DNA of 53,200 bases, the filler included, from Sphacelaria rigidula (Eukaryota): NCBI GenBank assembly GCA_964200075.2. It is 4 parts of 4 records of this genome, joined end to end, with 100 filler letters (N's around TTAATTAATTAA, not from the genome) between each part and the next. Parts side by side here need not be neighbours in the genome. Positions count along the whole stretch, not along the records: positions 1 to 13,226 come from CAXNAA020003052.1; positions 13,327 to 26,552 come from CAXNAA020003053.1; 2 more parts are not named here. One strand, given 5' to 3'. The notes below the pieces were generated by a model. It saw only the letters and a list, made by a program, of their open reading frames with translations, was not told where the DNA came from and searched no databases. Each line of letters begins with the position of its first letter. The stretch's first letter is position 1. This document shows positions 11,733 through 23,954 of the stretch, one piece after another. Made by a program: the position numbers and the translations under genes.

Positions 11733-12721
11733 GTGAGTATTTCCATGTGTGTTTCTCCTCACTCTGCTGGTGTGCCTTCTGTCTTGTGCGTGAAAATATT
11801 GTGTGTGCACTGCAACTCGGAACTTGGAACAAGAAAGATGGCCAGGTGCAGGTCCTTCTTGCGTGTCGTACAATCAGTAGTAGCTCGAGGGTTGTTGCAG
11901 AACACCATCTGGGTGGGTTCGTGGATGTATGCTTGCGTTGGTGACAGTTGGTAACTATTTTGTGTTGCAGATCATTGCTTGCCATCGTTGCAGGATCTCG
12001 AAAGCATACTTTCACAGACGGTAATCATACAGTACATGTGTTGTCTACTTACTGGTTCACGAAAGACGGTGTTTACAACCGAAAAGCTCTGCGTAAAACC
12101 CAACCGCTCACATGCTGTGTGCCACACGCCACACGCCGTGTCCCTCCGGTTGTGGCAAATCAACCTTTCAATCGCTTCAGCGCCCGCAGCCGGCTCCCGC
12201 TACCGACAGTCCCGTGGAGGATGGGGATATTGTGAATAACGAAGATCATACCAGGACGCTCTGGCGACAAATAGATTTCGCGCTTTTTCTTTTTTGACCA
12301 ATAGAATCGCAGCAACCTATCATGGTTGAGCAACGATAGGGTTTTGTTGCAGCCTAGCCTGTACTTATTGTCCAACACATTCTCGTACGTAGCGAATGGG
12401 ATAGCGGCGCCCTGCACACCATGGCCTCCCGGTAGCTTTGTCGCTGACGCTCACAGCAGCGAAGATGACGCATGCGCGATTGCAACGCAACCGCTAGGTT
12501 TTTGCAAATAGTACCAGGAGAAAGCACGGCTGCGAGCATGTGTGTGACATTCGCCTTGCGGACCCAGACCCCCTCGTTTACATCAAGGCGTTCTCTCTTT
12601 TGCCAAAACGGCGATTCTGAACATTCCTTACGGATTGGTCGTAAACAATGGTTGGTACTCCATCGTACTTGACTTCAGAGTCAACACCGATATTCAGATC
12701 TTTAGAGGGACTGGCAGTGTC

Positions 12722-12870
12722 GAGTGCTCCTCGCTCGTCCAGAACGTGTTTTTGTCGGCGCCGATTTGAGCTCTTGCAACGCACACCTGGCCTAGCAAAC
12801 ACTTTGGACCCCCCTTGCCCTGAGGTTTCTCGGCACAGTATGCCTTGTAGGGTTAGCGGTAGGGTTGGCG
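12722..12870 (+). repeat. Copy of the telomere-like-tailed repeat
   Basis: Shared blocks CAGAACGtGTTTT, CGGCGCC, GATTTGAG, CAACGC, TATGCCTTG and a GGGTTAG tail. Confidence 0.6.
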
Positions 12871-12912
12871 GCACACCCATAGTGCCAACCATTGTTTACG
12901 ACAGATCGTTAA

Positions 12913-13009
12913 CCCTTAGACCGCGGGATTAGTCTTTCTCATCATACATACTTTTTTTCACTCGAAATTGATGCCGATTCAACAGAAGACTAACCTCGCG
13001 GTCTAAGGG
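12913..13009. mobile_element. 97-bp piggyBac-type MITE
   Basis: TTAA|CCCTTAGACCGCG ... CGCGGTCTAAGGG|TTAA: perfect 13-bp TIR, TTAA target-site duplication and CCC/GGG ends. Confidence 0.88.
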
Positions 13010-13226
13010 TTAAGGTCCCCTCATTCTGAACCCTTGGCGGAGGAAAAAAAGTAAATGGTCTGATCGAGCATGGGTGCTAAAGGAGTTGATCGCCCGCGGC
13101 CAACTGGCAGATCTGATAGCCCCGCCGCGCTTTGAAAGAAGACAAAAGTGCAAGCGTAGATGGGTGCCATTAACCCTTTTGGAACCGTTGATGGAAAAGT
13201 GAGGATTTACAACTGAGGTTTTTCCC

Positions 13227-13326
13227 NNNNNNNNNNNNNNNNNNNNNNNNNNNNNNNNNNNNNNNNNNNNTTAATTAATTAANNNNNNNNNNNNNNNNNN
13301 NNNNNNNNNNNNNNNNNNNNNNNNNN
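13227..13326. other. Artificial contig linker (N44-TTAATTAATTAA-N44)
   Basis: Exactly 100 bp. The core has stop codons in all six frames and is identical at all three junctions. Confidence 0.97.
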
Positions 13327-13429
13327 CCTTGTCCCCTGGTCATCATCCAGGATCCTACACGTGCTACATCTACTACGCCTTGGTGTATTTTGGCTACAGG
13401 CCGGGCCATGTGTTACCAACACATCATGT

Positions 13430-13835
13430 ACTTGGATATGAACGGGAAGAAGGGGTATGGCTCAACATGCAGCAGGAGCGCGTGTGTCCAGCTGTCACGA
13501 AACTAGCAGTCTATCCTACAGCGAGCGGTAGAAAGCTTTGTTCGAGATGCGTTTGAAAGCAAGCTCGTCTACGCTTGACACCTCTGGCTGGCATCGATCT
13601 CATCGAACAGATGCCAGGGAACGCACCACTCGCGGTCGAGCCCTTCATTGAAGAAGTGAAAGAACAAGCAGTGGACAAGCTGACAAACGGCAAGGCTCTG
13701 ACAACCTGTGTGGCGAATTATTCAAGCTCAGGCCTCATCGAGGACTTAGCCATACTCAAGTGCTTCCACGAACTCGTGCTCACAGTGTGGCGTCAACATG
13801 AAAAATGGTGGAGCAGACAACGATGGAAAAGGCGA
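13430..13835 (+). pseudogene. Decayed non-LTR retrotransposon (LINE, RTE-like) ORF2 fragment upstream of the RT domain
   Basis: Frameshifted peptide ..PLAVEPFIEEVKEQAVDKLTNGKA../GELFKL/..AILKCFHELVLTVWRQ..QRWK resembles the EP..EEV..A...L.N.KA.G.D....EL.K.......L...IW......WK segment of LINE ORF2. Recognised from memory, not by search. Confidence 0.6.
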
Positions 13836-15148
13836 CGGGATACTGTAGAAATGCCAACGTCAGTATCCACGTCAGAACCAGGGTCGGGGTCGTCCACTTC
13901 ATTCTGAGGAGGGGAGTGGTGTTGGTGGCATCGTAGGGGGCGTTGTGGTACGCAGGAGATGGATCCGGCGTCAGCCTGATAGCGCGTCTCGTCGGAAATC
14001 TGATAAATAACCGAGGGTAACGACGTGGAAAAAAAGGCAAAGTTCTCGGTCAACGAAGAGCTCACGTCGGTGCGCCTCCCGTTGCAACGCGAGCAGCAGG
14101 ATTCGCGTCGTATAAAGGCGCAGTTTTCTGCGTCAATCCAGGTTTCTAGACGCACTACTTGATCGCGACATCATCCGCCATGGTCCTGGTGACGTTCCCG
14201 TTAGCTGTAAACCATTAGGAGGGCGGCAACCCTTCAGATGCAACTCTTCCGGTGTTTCAAAGCAAACGACTGCGAAAAATCCATGAATACCGTAATACGC
14301 TTTCGGGGGGCGACAACAGGTCCGGTTGGAGTCTTTTTCCTCGTAGTCAGCCAAAACCTCCCTCCCCAAACTTTGTTCAGGATACCTCAGAGTGTCGGAA
14401 AGCCGCGAGAAAGAGGTGGGCATGTCTCCAGGCCCTTCAATGGTGCGGAGAACGGTGACTCTGACACCATGCTTTCGTGACCGCACGCTGCTCATGGCGG
14501 GAGCTTGAGGATTTGAAGTGGTATTGAGCTAATGGGTACCCTCAGCGCAAACGAAATCATACTGCTGCTGCAGGACGGGGCATTACTGTGAGGTAATATC
14601 AATACGGGATTCTACAAATTGGGGATGGATTTATTATTGAGGATGAGAAATCCGGAGAACTAAAATCGTCGTATCCACATCAGATCTTCGAAATATGGTT
14701 CCACTTTTTCATTCGCTGGTAGCTATTGATTTGCAACTACTACACGTCACACGTCGTACGAATTTGGATTTCGATAATAATCAAAATGTTGGGGTCCTAG
14801 GTGAAACACCCATTTTGGGGAATTTCGGCGATCTGATCGGATCATCTAAATTCCTCCCAATGGGTTATTCACGTGGGACCTCACCGTGTCGGTTCTCTCA
14901 GGGTCCAAATTGTATGGCGTGCAGTGGTTGTCAATAACCACCAGTGGGTGAAGGAAAGTAACTATATCTCGAAGATTTGGTGTGGATACAAAGATTTCGA
15001 GTCTCCGGGTTCTCATGCCCAATCAAAGCACCCGTGCCCAATTTTAAACAATCCCGTGTTTATTCGAGTGGTGCAGGGTCAACGGTGGCTCTTGGGGTGC
15101 ATGGGGATGCAACAAAGCTGCTGTAGGAAGATGTCTCGATATATACTA

Positions 15149-15427
15149 GGGTGCCCCGGTGGTCTAATGGTCCGACTGTCGTCATTAGGGTGGAGAGAAC
15201 GGGGGTTCGATTCCCGATGCGTTGGGTTTTTTCTTCGTCATGTATGATTTCAATCGTGGAAAGCGTGAGAACGTGATTAAATAAAAGTAATCGACTGGGT
15301 TTGTGTGACGTGAGTTGGCGCGGTGCGGGAGTGCTGATCCAATGCGCGAGATCAAAATGAAAGGCACGTACCGAGGGAGAGAAGGGTTGATCCCTTGAGA
15401 CCACGGACTCATCCCGAGGAAGGGGAG
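15149..15427 (+). mobile_element. tRNA-derived SINE, family A (interrupted at its 3' end by a MITE)
   Basis: A-box TGGTCTAATGG and B-box GGTTCGATTCC. Body GCGGGAGTGCTGAT...GGTTGATCCCTTGAGAC..GGACTC..GAGGAAGGG is shared with 45950-46260 and 47335-47600. Confidence 0.7.
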
Positions 15428-15729
15428 CACACGCGGCCATTTGGCTACACCCCAAAATGCCTCCGGAGGGATGCGCGGCCCTCCAGGGAAAAATAAGCCT
15501 CCGGAGGCCTTCCCTCCCTCTAGAGGAGACCAAACTCTACCGACTCGGAGGGCCGCGCACCCCTCCGGAGGCAAGAATAAGCCTCCGGAGGCGTTCAACC
15601 CCTCTGGAGGGAACCCAAAAATCTCCTCTGGAGGGCCGCGCACCCCTCCGATGGCGTTTAATTCCTCTGGAGGCTCGAAAAGTGTACCCACCTGGAGGAA
15701 GTTTGGAGGTAGCCAAATGGTCGCGTGTG
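15428..15729. mobile_element. ~300-bp MITE with CAC..GTG termini and an internal array of CCTCCGGAGG palindromes
   Basis: 21-bp TIR CACACGCGGCCATTTGGCTAC / GTAGCCAAATGGTCGCGTGTG (1 mismatch), AG on both flanks, about 10 copies of CCTC(C/T)GGAGG-like motifs inside. Confidence 0.8.
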
Positions 15730-17806
15730 AGGGGCTCAAAGTGTGAGAAAAACAACAAAAAAATACAAAGGCAAGGGCTGTCGGAGGGAGAGACAACGCT
15801 GCGCGCAGTTGATTTAACAACGGCTTGAAATTGTGCTATGACATACAAGAATATCTGTCCGTGGGGGTAAGACGCACCGTTAGACGCGAATGATTGGCCC
15901 ATGTGCAACGCAACCTGTTGGAAGTTGAAGACGTGTACGAATAAGGCTACCACATACACGCACCCGAAGGCTCTGAGAAAGTTCAGGATGAAAGGCTAGC
16001 TATGAGACGACAAAAGCGTGCGAGGTAGCGACCAGGGGTGGGCATCCCGACACGATACAATGGTGTAGGGTAAACGGATTCCTTAAGGACGACCAACATC
16101 TGCAAGCGCAGAGCAGCATGTATCAAACGCAAATTTTTATTTCTGGCTATCCCTTGTGCATCTCCTTTGGGGAGAGTCTCTATGTCAGCATGGTGTCGGA
16201 ACGTTGATGCATTGTGGTCGTCGACGAGGTGGCTGTGACGTTTGAATCTCCAGCGATGAGAATACCTGTGGGGTATCTGCTTGTGCAGTGACGACGGTTT
16301 GGGATAGGGGCGCATGTAGCTACGGCACTACGACTGGCACTACAAAACACATTTTTGAACCATTTATGCAAGGATTCGGACAGCTTGATCCCCGCGAATT
16401 ACGCTCTTAAAACGCCTTGTTCTGAATTCAGATTGACAGTGGAGAGTGTGATTGAGAGTAATCATCGTATTACAAACCTCGTGATGATGTTTTGTCCTCG
16501 AAAAAGTGCTGCGAAGCCTTTCAAAAATGCACTGGTCATCTTGCAGTGCCCGCGTGCCACTGTCAGCAATTTGAGTGGATAGAAAACGTACACGCACTAT
16601 ACCCGTGCAAACGCCGAAGGCGATAGCCACACGCCTAGCGCAACGGAAGGCGTAGAGGCGTGTACGTGCGAGCGAGATCTTGCCGGCCGTTTTTAGAGCG
16701 CTCTCTGAATGAATGTAAGATGCTGCTTTTCTCTACGTCGAAGCTGACGCACGGTCTGCTACAATACTTACGATCGTTCTACTTGGTATCATTCAAAACT
16801 GCTATAGCCACAACTATATACTGATACATGCGTGCTCCGCATAGTGACGGACATGTATCACAGGAGTAGAATTCACGGGTAAGCTCTGTCTTGGTGCACG
16901 TATTGACGTGCAGGTCACCGACACGAACTCATCATTGATCACTGTCAGTTCTTGAAGCATAGTTGAAGGTTCTGAAGTTCAACTTATTCAAGTTAACCAA
17001 ATTTCAGCAGCGTCAAACTCGAGCCGCCCGTTTCTGCACAGACACAGGATGAATGCGTTGTACGAGTATACCGCAGCGAAAACCAGTGTCCCAGTCGCCA
17101 ACTTGCACCGTGTTTGTTAAATCACTATAGGGCATGCTAGGTACATTGAGACCAACAAGAACAAACGCAGGAGGGTACACTTGGCGACAAAAGGGTACAA
17201 TATTGTAACTACGGGTGGATACTGGAGGCAGGCTGAGTTCACTCCATCAATAAAACTCACACACATCAAGAGAAGCGCTTCGCAGTTCGCGTCAACCTCT
17301 GCCGCACCCGCACCCGCACCCGCACCCGCACCCTCCCGTCCTCCGTCCACTCAAGTTTTCGAACACACTTCCTTCGAGCTACATATTCGCTCGAATGTTT
17401 TATCGAACTGCGTCACAAAGTTGGTCGTGGTTGACACGGTTCTTTCACCACCACAACCGCGACAACATAGCGCTGAGCCAGAGACACCTCGACACGCAGC
17501 ACGTCAGTGAACCTTATTGTCTAATTTAAGCTCTTCGCCTTGGCGACAAATCTCCGCGTCATTTCGACGGGCATTTGCAATCATAATAATCACTCAACTA
17601 CTGTGTGTTCCCACCAATGTGACAACGGGACATTCCCGCTTAGTCCCCGAACAGGCGGAATCGCTTGGAAGTGGGAAGATCCTGAAGTCAACGCCCGTTG
17701 TGACAAATACATCGGAGTTCCGCCTGAATTACAACCGTCGTCCATCCGACTTTTCGAAGATTGGAATAGAACATTCCTGATACACCGGTCAACTAGCCGC
17801 AACCTC

Positions 17807-17869
17807 TCATTTCGGTGCGCTTCCCTCAATCAAGCCCAGAACAAACGCTGTCTCGGCCTTGGCGTTAAC
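17807..17869 (-). CDS. RhoGAP terminal exon (VNAKAETAFVLGLIEGSAPK*)
   Basis: TTTGCAG acceptor in phase 0; final RhoGAP helix (FVxxLI) then TGA. Confidence 0.75.
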   Translation of the reverse strand, partial: VNAKAETAFVLGLIEGSAPK

Positions 17870-18295
17870 CTGCAAATTGACAGGGTGGAGCGGGTGGCAC
17901 GAGAAAATCGTTACAGGTAGACTAGCGCGGCATGTGTCGACTCACGTATCAGAAAACAAGAAACATGCGGCAGTACTTCCCCTTCGCGTGTCAAGCGTTT
18001 CTGACGCAAGTACACCGGCCTGCATACATCTTACCCCATGCGGTAAGCATCAGAAGCATAAGTGGATCCATGTTGGTATCCTGAAGTCTGCTGACGGAGA
18101 TAACCGTGCCGACACATTAAGCAGATCGTCTTCCGCAAAAAGAACTGTGTACCTTAGGAGAGAAAGTGCTCCATCTCACTTGCACCAAAACAGTGCGTGT
18201 ATTGGCCACATAATGTTGCGAGCCAGTACTGCGCGGCAAGGTGAAGCGTTATTTTCCGTACGTTTACTTGACAGCGGTGCCATCTGATACAATAC

Positions 18296-18437
18296 CTTGA
18301 ACGTTATCGCATCTCCCGCTGGATTTCGGAGCAGATTTGGTGACAGAACAAGCGCAAGTGCACCGGCATCCATTCGATTGCCCCCTGTTTCCCCGGCTAT
18401 GGTGTGGAGGAATTTCGCCAGAAATTCCAGGGTTGCG
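18296..18437 (-). CDS. RhoGAP exon (ATLEFLAKFLHTI...NRMDAGALALVLSPNLLR...)
   Basis: TLxFLxxFL, NxM and PNLLR motifs; GCAG acceptor and AAG|GTATT donor. Confidence 0.88.
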
Positions 18438-19854
18438 CTGCAAGATGTGTCGGAGGGGTGTGAGTGGGAGGGAGGGGGGTGAGTAGGCTGTCACGCATAA
18501 GAATATCAGTGCATCAAGCGAAGATGTTGAAGAGGTCTTCAAGGGTCCTAAACCCTGTGACCGGGCGGTAGAGCCGAGACGCCAATATAGCCAAAAGGAG
18601 ATCGACGATATTTTTTCCTTGGTATCTTACGTTGCTAATGGTGATGTTGAATGTCACTGCTGCCGCCGCTGCTGGTGGTGGAAGTGGCCGTGATTTTGGT
18701 GGTGGTAACGTTAATCGCGATCATGGTCATGGCTCTATTACTATTAATTCGGTCCCGGACATGTCCGAAAGGTTCGGTTTTGCTCTATAGTCATAAACAC
18801 CGTCTCAGATTGAAGCCGTATGTTATAGGAGGGCAACCGTTCTAAATATGTAGGTCGGACGATGCACCACGTGATTCATGTTTCCACTAGCAAGCGATAC
18901 ACGTGAAAGGGGTCGCGACCCCCGTTTCACAGCATTCCTGGCGTTACTTTCGCGTGGATGAACACGTGCTTGTTCAGAAATGGTGTACGACGTTGCGGTC
19001 AAGTGTGAGTCACGATAAACTGGCTGCACGACCCCAAGCAACAGCTCGTGATCAAGCGAGGCGGAAATAAGCGCGGGATGGGCCCGCTTGTCTCCTGATT
19101 ATAGGGATGATCAAGAAACGTATGGGGGTTGCTGTTTTTGCTTCTTCTGTCCTGTGTTTCTGATCCCTGCCTTATTTGTACGGCTTATGATTCTAGCCAT
19201 CTCCTATTTTCTTCATTTGGCCCGTACTGTGCAATGCGTTTCCCCCTGTGTGCTATAGATGTTCGTGTCTACTCATCTCAGACCTAGTGGTGTGGAGTTT
19301 CCGTCTACCCATGCGGTTCAAAAACGACTGCTTCGCAATTTTCTCCCACAGCTCTGCCTCTCAAATGATCTCCTGACTTGAGCTTGTTGGAGGTTTTTTT
19401 ATGGCCGTGTCTTAAATTCGAAGAATCTTCAAGTTTATTGTATACGCCCGTTTCGCGGTACCCTCCCTTCCCGTCTTTCTTCTACCATCTCTCTTTGCCC
19501 ACTCGAGTTTCCCCCAGCCTTTTTTTTTCCATCTATCTTGCTGCCATCTATCTTGTGACTGTCTATGGGTTAATGGCACATCAATCTAAGCGAGGCACGG
19601 AATCAATGAAGCAACCAACGAATAAACGAATGAGTGAATGGATAGATGGATGAATCAATCAATGGCCTGTGATAGCCTGCGAACATGGGATGTCAGAAAG
19701 ATTGTACCCTGGGTCGAGAGGTGTGTACCCAAGACACAGGGAGACGCGAACGCTACAAAACCAACGGCTCCACAAATACCAGCTCCTAAGAAGTGCGAAT
19801 ACAGACGTCGAGAAGGAAGCCAGAAAATAAGCATACGATGGACAGACACCTCAC

Positions 19855-20003
19855 CAGTTGGGGGCTGGCAAATTCAGCACGGTTTTACGCGCTTCCTCTT
19901 GTGCCTGCGTAATATTTCCCTGGATCAGCATAAGCCCAGCACCTATTGCTCGTCTGTAGCTGCTGCCTGTCACAAGCGGTTCCTCCATACATCGAAGCCA
20001 GGA
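19855..20003 (-). CDS. RhoGAP exon (SWLRCMEEPLV...LNLPAPN)
   Basis: WLRxxxEPL and LPxxN motifs; TAG acceptor and TG|GTGAG donor. Confidence 0.85.
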
Positions 20004-20505
20004 CTACGATATTTGACACATATTTGGGAGGAGCCGACATGAGCGAGAGTCGTCGGGTGCGGCGGGCAGGGGTGCCTGTCGTTGGATGTTCTGTACCAGC
20101 GGAACTCGTGCAGAGTAGGCCACAAGGTTTTCATGAAAGGTCGATTTTCCAAGCACAGAACCATGTATGTAGTTGCATACGAAACCATACTGACATGAGT
20201 AGAACGGAGTACATTGTTTATGAATTTTTCGCGTATTTTCTTTTTCCTCGAATGTCTCGCGTGAACCAGTAATCGAAAACCCCGCTTTTTCGTACTCCAC
20301 CCTTTCCCTGACGGGAAGCTAATTCACTGCACGCACCCTTGACTCGGCAAGCAGATTCATCCTTCGCCCGGAAAAACCGACCGAGCGCTCATGGTTAACT
20401 TTACTCAGGCTTTCGGATTGACTGAGCACTCGTTCTCGAGAGAGCGTGGAGGGGGGAAAGGAGGGGTCTTTAGATACATATATCCTCGCTGGTTGGGTTG
20501 AGCGT

Positions 20506-20685
20506 GCTGGAAATCTATACGATTCAGTCTAGACCGCTGGAAATTTAGGTGATCCATTCTAGACTGCTGAAAATCTCAATAATCCAGTCTAGACTGCTGG
20601 TAATCGAGATGATCCATTCTAGACTGCTGGAAATCTAGATGATCCAGTCTAGACTGCTGAAAATCTAGACGATCCATTCTAGACC
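20506..20685. repeat. 30-bp minisatellite, about 6 units (GATCCAtTCTAGACTGCTGgAAATCTAGAt)
   Basis: Head-to-tail units every 30 bp with no spacers. Confidence 0.9.
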
Positions 20686-22452
20686 AATATTTGATGTTCG
20701 GTTGTAAAGCAAAAGCTCCTTATGGCTCGCCCGCACGCGAATTGTTTCCTCTTTGGTGTTCCTTGTGTAGAACTGTACATTTTCGTTTCACCTGGTAGTC
20801 ACGTACAGTAGCGTGGGTAAAGTGTGGCCAACTGTAGGCTCAGTGACATATGAACAAAACATATGTTCCGCAGCTAGTTATTGGATGATCCAGAAATATT
20901 GCGGCGTTGACCTGGGTCTTTTTCCAGTCCGTGAGCATGTTTTCACGAAATCAAGATCGGCCATCAGCCATTGCCTCACTTTTCTAGAGAGCACCCTTCC
21001 ACGTATCACGTTCCTCCAGATCCCTTCGTCCCAAAGGACTCTGCTTTTTATCCCACTTTGGCCAAAACCCCGCTGTGGCAGTACAGGATGTGGCTTTCAT
21101 CGTTGGATGAGCGAGCAAAGCAAGTAGGCCTAACAGTCACAGTACATCCTCCGTGCGTCTAAAGACAGCACCACAGCACGCTGCCTTCCGTTGCGATTTG
21201 AGCACTCGAACTCGACCAGTATATCCGTCAGCACAAGCGAGGTGGCACACTCCATCAAGATTGCCGCGGGCAGTAAGCTTATTTCTTCCATGTATACGTT
21301 CAGAGAGTACATAATAACGTTACGGGAAGGTCACCCGTGACTCCGCTAATACGCAGTACTATATGCAGTACTCCCAGAATATCAGTACGTTTTTGTCGGT
21401 ACAAAACTGCATGCGTGGAAGCGAGTTACGCGTGCCGTTACCTTACCGACCCATACAGTGATCACTGTCGAGATCATTTTTGCGCTGTAGTGCCCCGCGG
21501 AAAGCTGCAGACGGTTGATGAAATCGCTGTTGTCGCTGTTTCCCCAGAAGAAATTTTCGGATGCCTCGGTTTAGTCATGGGACAGCGAATCGTGTTTATG
21601 ATGGTTCTTATCATTCCGCTCTGAGATATCGTTCTGCTGCAGGATGTAGATCTTCGTGGATCCCCGATGTATTCCTGTGGTTTTGCAGCAATACTCCGCA
21701 ATATTCCCCCCCTCCACGGCCCGACTTTTAGCGATCTACTCCGAGTTCCAGGGGAATGATCAAGTCTTCGATCTACTCACAGAGTGTGACAGCGCCTCGC
21801 CCTTGTTCTCGATGAACATACGCGGTCTTCAACCTAACATTGGAGCTGTCCCGAACCCACAACCTAACCCTACTATTAACCCTCACGATATCACGACGTC
21901 GAGCAACGCGAAGAAATTCATACCGGCCACTGTGTTTTTCACTCAGCTCGGGAAATGTTTTCCGTGAAGACCCTCAAAAGAATGATAGTAACAACTCAGG
22001 AGTGGTGCTTGCGGTAGAGGTGCACAGATACTTTCTGAGGTTAGAGTTGTTGGGAACCCTTTATCTCACCCAAAACAGACTTATGAAATAAGTGAGAGTG
22101 CGCCGGGATTGCAATTCCAATGTGCTGTGGATATCCCGAATTAATTTGCAAATAGGGATGCCCTGACCCATATTGTTGTGCATCTAGAATCGTTAGGAGC
22201 CCCTGAACCAGACAAGAATTTGGGCAAAAAGCGCATCCCTACCATAGCATATCTCTCAGAGAAGAAAAAGAGGCCATTGGGGAAATGTATCAGTCAGCGT
22301 CTCGACGGTAATGCTTTTCACGAAACACTACACTCAATACCATACGAAATATCCCTTCATTTCTACGCCTGAAAGAACCCGAAATTCCTCAGCTCACCGG
22401 CGAGAGCCATACATACATTTTTCGGAATAACAATTAATATCAACCCGACCGG

Positions 22453-22828
22453 TCGCCCCCCCGTTGCTCAGTTGGTAACCTCGTAACCCTCTGACGGTTG
22501 AGTAGTGGGGTTCGATTCTCGGAGCGATCTGGGATCTTTTTTCACACCATGACCAACGGTGGAGAGCGACTATATCGTAGGTACACAAAATTCGACTTCA
22601 CGGTCGACGGGGGAAAGGGACTGCTGAACCCCTCTCGCGATAAAAAAACAAAGGCAAGCACCGCAGGAGGAAGGTAGGGTATTGAAAACATAAAAAAAGA
22701 AAATGCTCCTGTGTTGACCTTCCTCCTGTGCGACCCCGGCTAATGCGCCTACATATACCGAAAGGTGTAGACTGGCGCCCAGAATAAATGGGACGACAAC
22801 ATACACACACACACACACACACACAACA
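22453..22828 (+). mobile_element. tRNA-derived SINE, family B, with (CA)n tail
   Basis: TTGCTCAGTTGG A-box and GGTTCGATTCT B-box. Body shared with 25127-25340; ends ACAACATACACACAC. Confidence 0.75.
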
Positions 22829-22905
22829 CCCGTCACTCAGCAGTTCACCAGATATTTGAACATCTCGCCCGGCTTCTCGCGGTACTACATTATGGAACTA
22901 CGCAC

Positions 22906-22996
22906 CTTCAGTGTGTTCGCCACGGTGTACACGTCTATATGGTTCGCGTAGTCCAGAGGCAGATCTGCGGGTTCTAGCTTCCCTTTTTCTTTCAGT
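22906..22996 (-). CDS. RhoGAP exon (LKEKGKLEP...DVYTVANTLK)
   Basis: DVxTVAxxLK motif; phases fit both neighbouring exons. Confidence 0.85.
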
Positions 22997-23572
22997 CTAT
23001 GTGACAGACGCCCCAAACATTTCCGCATAAAACATTGCAGGGAGAGGACACCGAATCATTCCACGACGTTATGAGTCAGTGCGGTAGAGGAAAATGCCAG
23101 ACCATACCGGCGACATGTAACGGTCAGACCATGCGAAAAAAAGCTTCGCCAAATTGACGTCAAAGTCTACGAAATATTTAGTCCGCTGCTTGAACATGCT
23201 CCACTACAACACCACAGCTGTGTGTAGAGTCGGCACCGTGCGCCGTTTCATCGTCATTTGCAGGGGGAGTAGGTACTGCCAGTGTCATGTTCCAATACGG
23301 ATATACCTTCCATACGTGCCCATGTGGCGTGTGTAATAAACTGCGCTGAAGCCTACGAGGACAAAACTTCACGATCGGTGTACCCGCATGAGGAATGCGC
23401 ATCAGTTGCTGTGCCGAAAGTCTTGACGTCTGCAATGCACTCCTCACAATCGTTCTACCAAGATGGCGAACGTAATCATACTGTGGCCGAAACGGCATTC
23501 ACTGATTGAACTAATCGATTGATTGGCTGTTGTCGCACTCCAACCGATCCGCTACGAATCACATGTCTCTCA

Positions 23573-23954
23573 GATAAGGAACGGATTTTGGTTTCGGAAT
23601 GGGAGGTTTCCCGTGATTTACACCAAAACGGTCGAATCGTCCGAAACGGCCGTCACCCCGTTGAAAGCCCGTGATCTGACGGGAACTTTGGTTCAAACAG
23701 ATTCCAAGTCGACGTCGATGAGGCAGAGTGATGAAAGAAAACGTGTCCAAAATAGGAGGCGGGCGGGGGGGGAAGTTTGCACATTTTCGGCGGTATCTCT
23801 TGCCAGGCGTCACCGATTTCAAATCTGATCGTGCCAAAAGGTTTCCCGTCAGATTACAGGCTTCCAGGGGAGGGAAGGCCGTTTCGGACAATTCGGCCGT
23901 CTTGGTGTAAATCACGAAAAACTACCGTTCCGAAAACAAAACCCGTTCCTCATA
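23573..23954. mobile_element. Foldback/MITE with ~135-bp imperfect inverted arms
   Basis: For example GTGATTTACACCAA..CCGAAACGGCC on the left versus GGCCGTTTCGG..TTGGTGTAAATCAC on the right. Confidence 0.8.

Noticed and set aside
15149..15235. tRNA genes here and at 22453-22540 and 45950-46030
   Set aside because: A/B boxes are present but I could not fold a clean cloverleaf. Each is followed by a shared repeat body, so they are SINE heads.
15455..15710. Palindromic CCTCCGGAGG repeats with variable spacers as a CRISPR-like array
   Set aside because: The repeat is only 10 bp, the spacers are themselves repeated, and the array is enclosed by TIRs, so it is a MITE.
20506..20685. 30-bp repeats as a CRISPR array
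   Set aside because: Units are contiguous with no unique spacers; there are no cas genes and the context is a eukaryotic intron.
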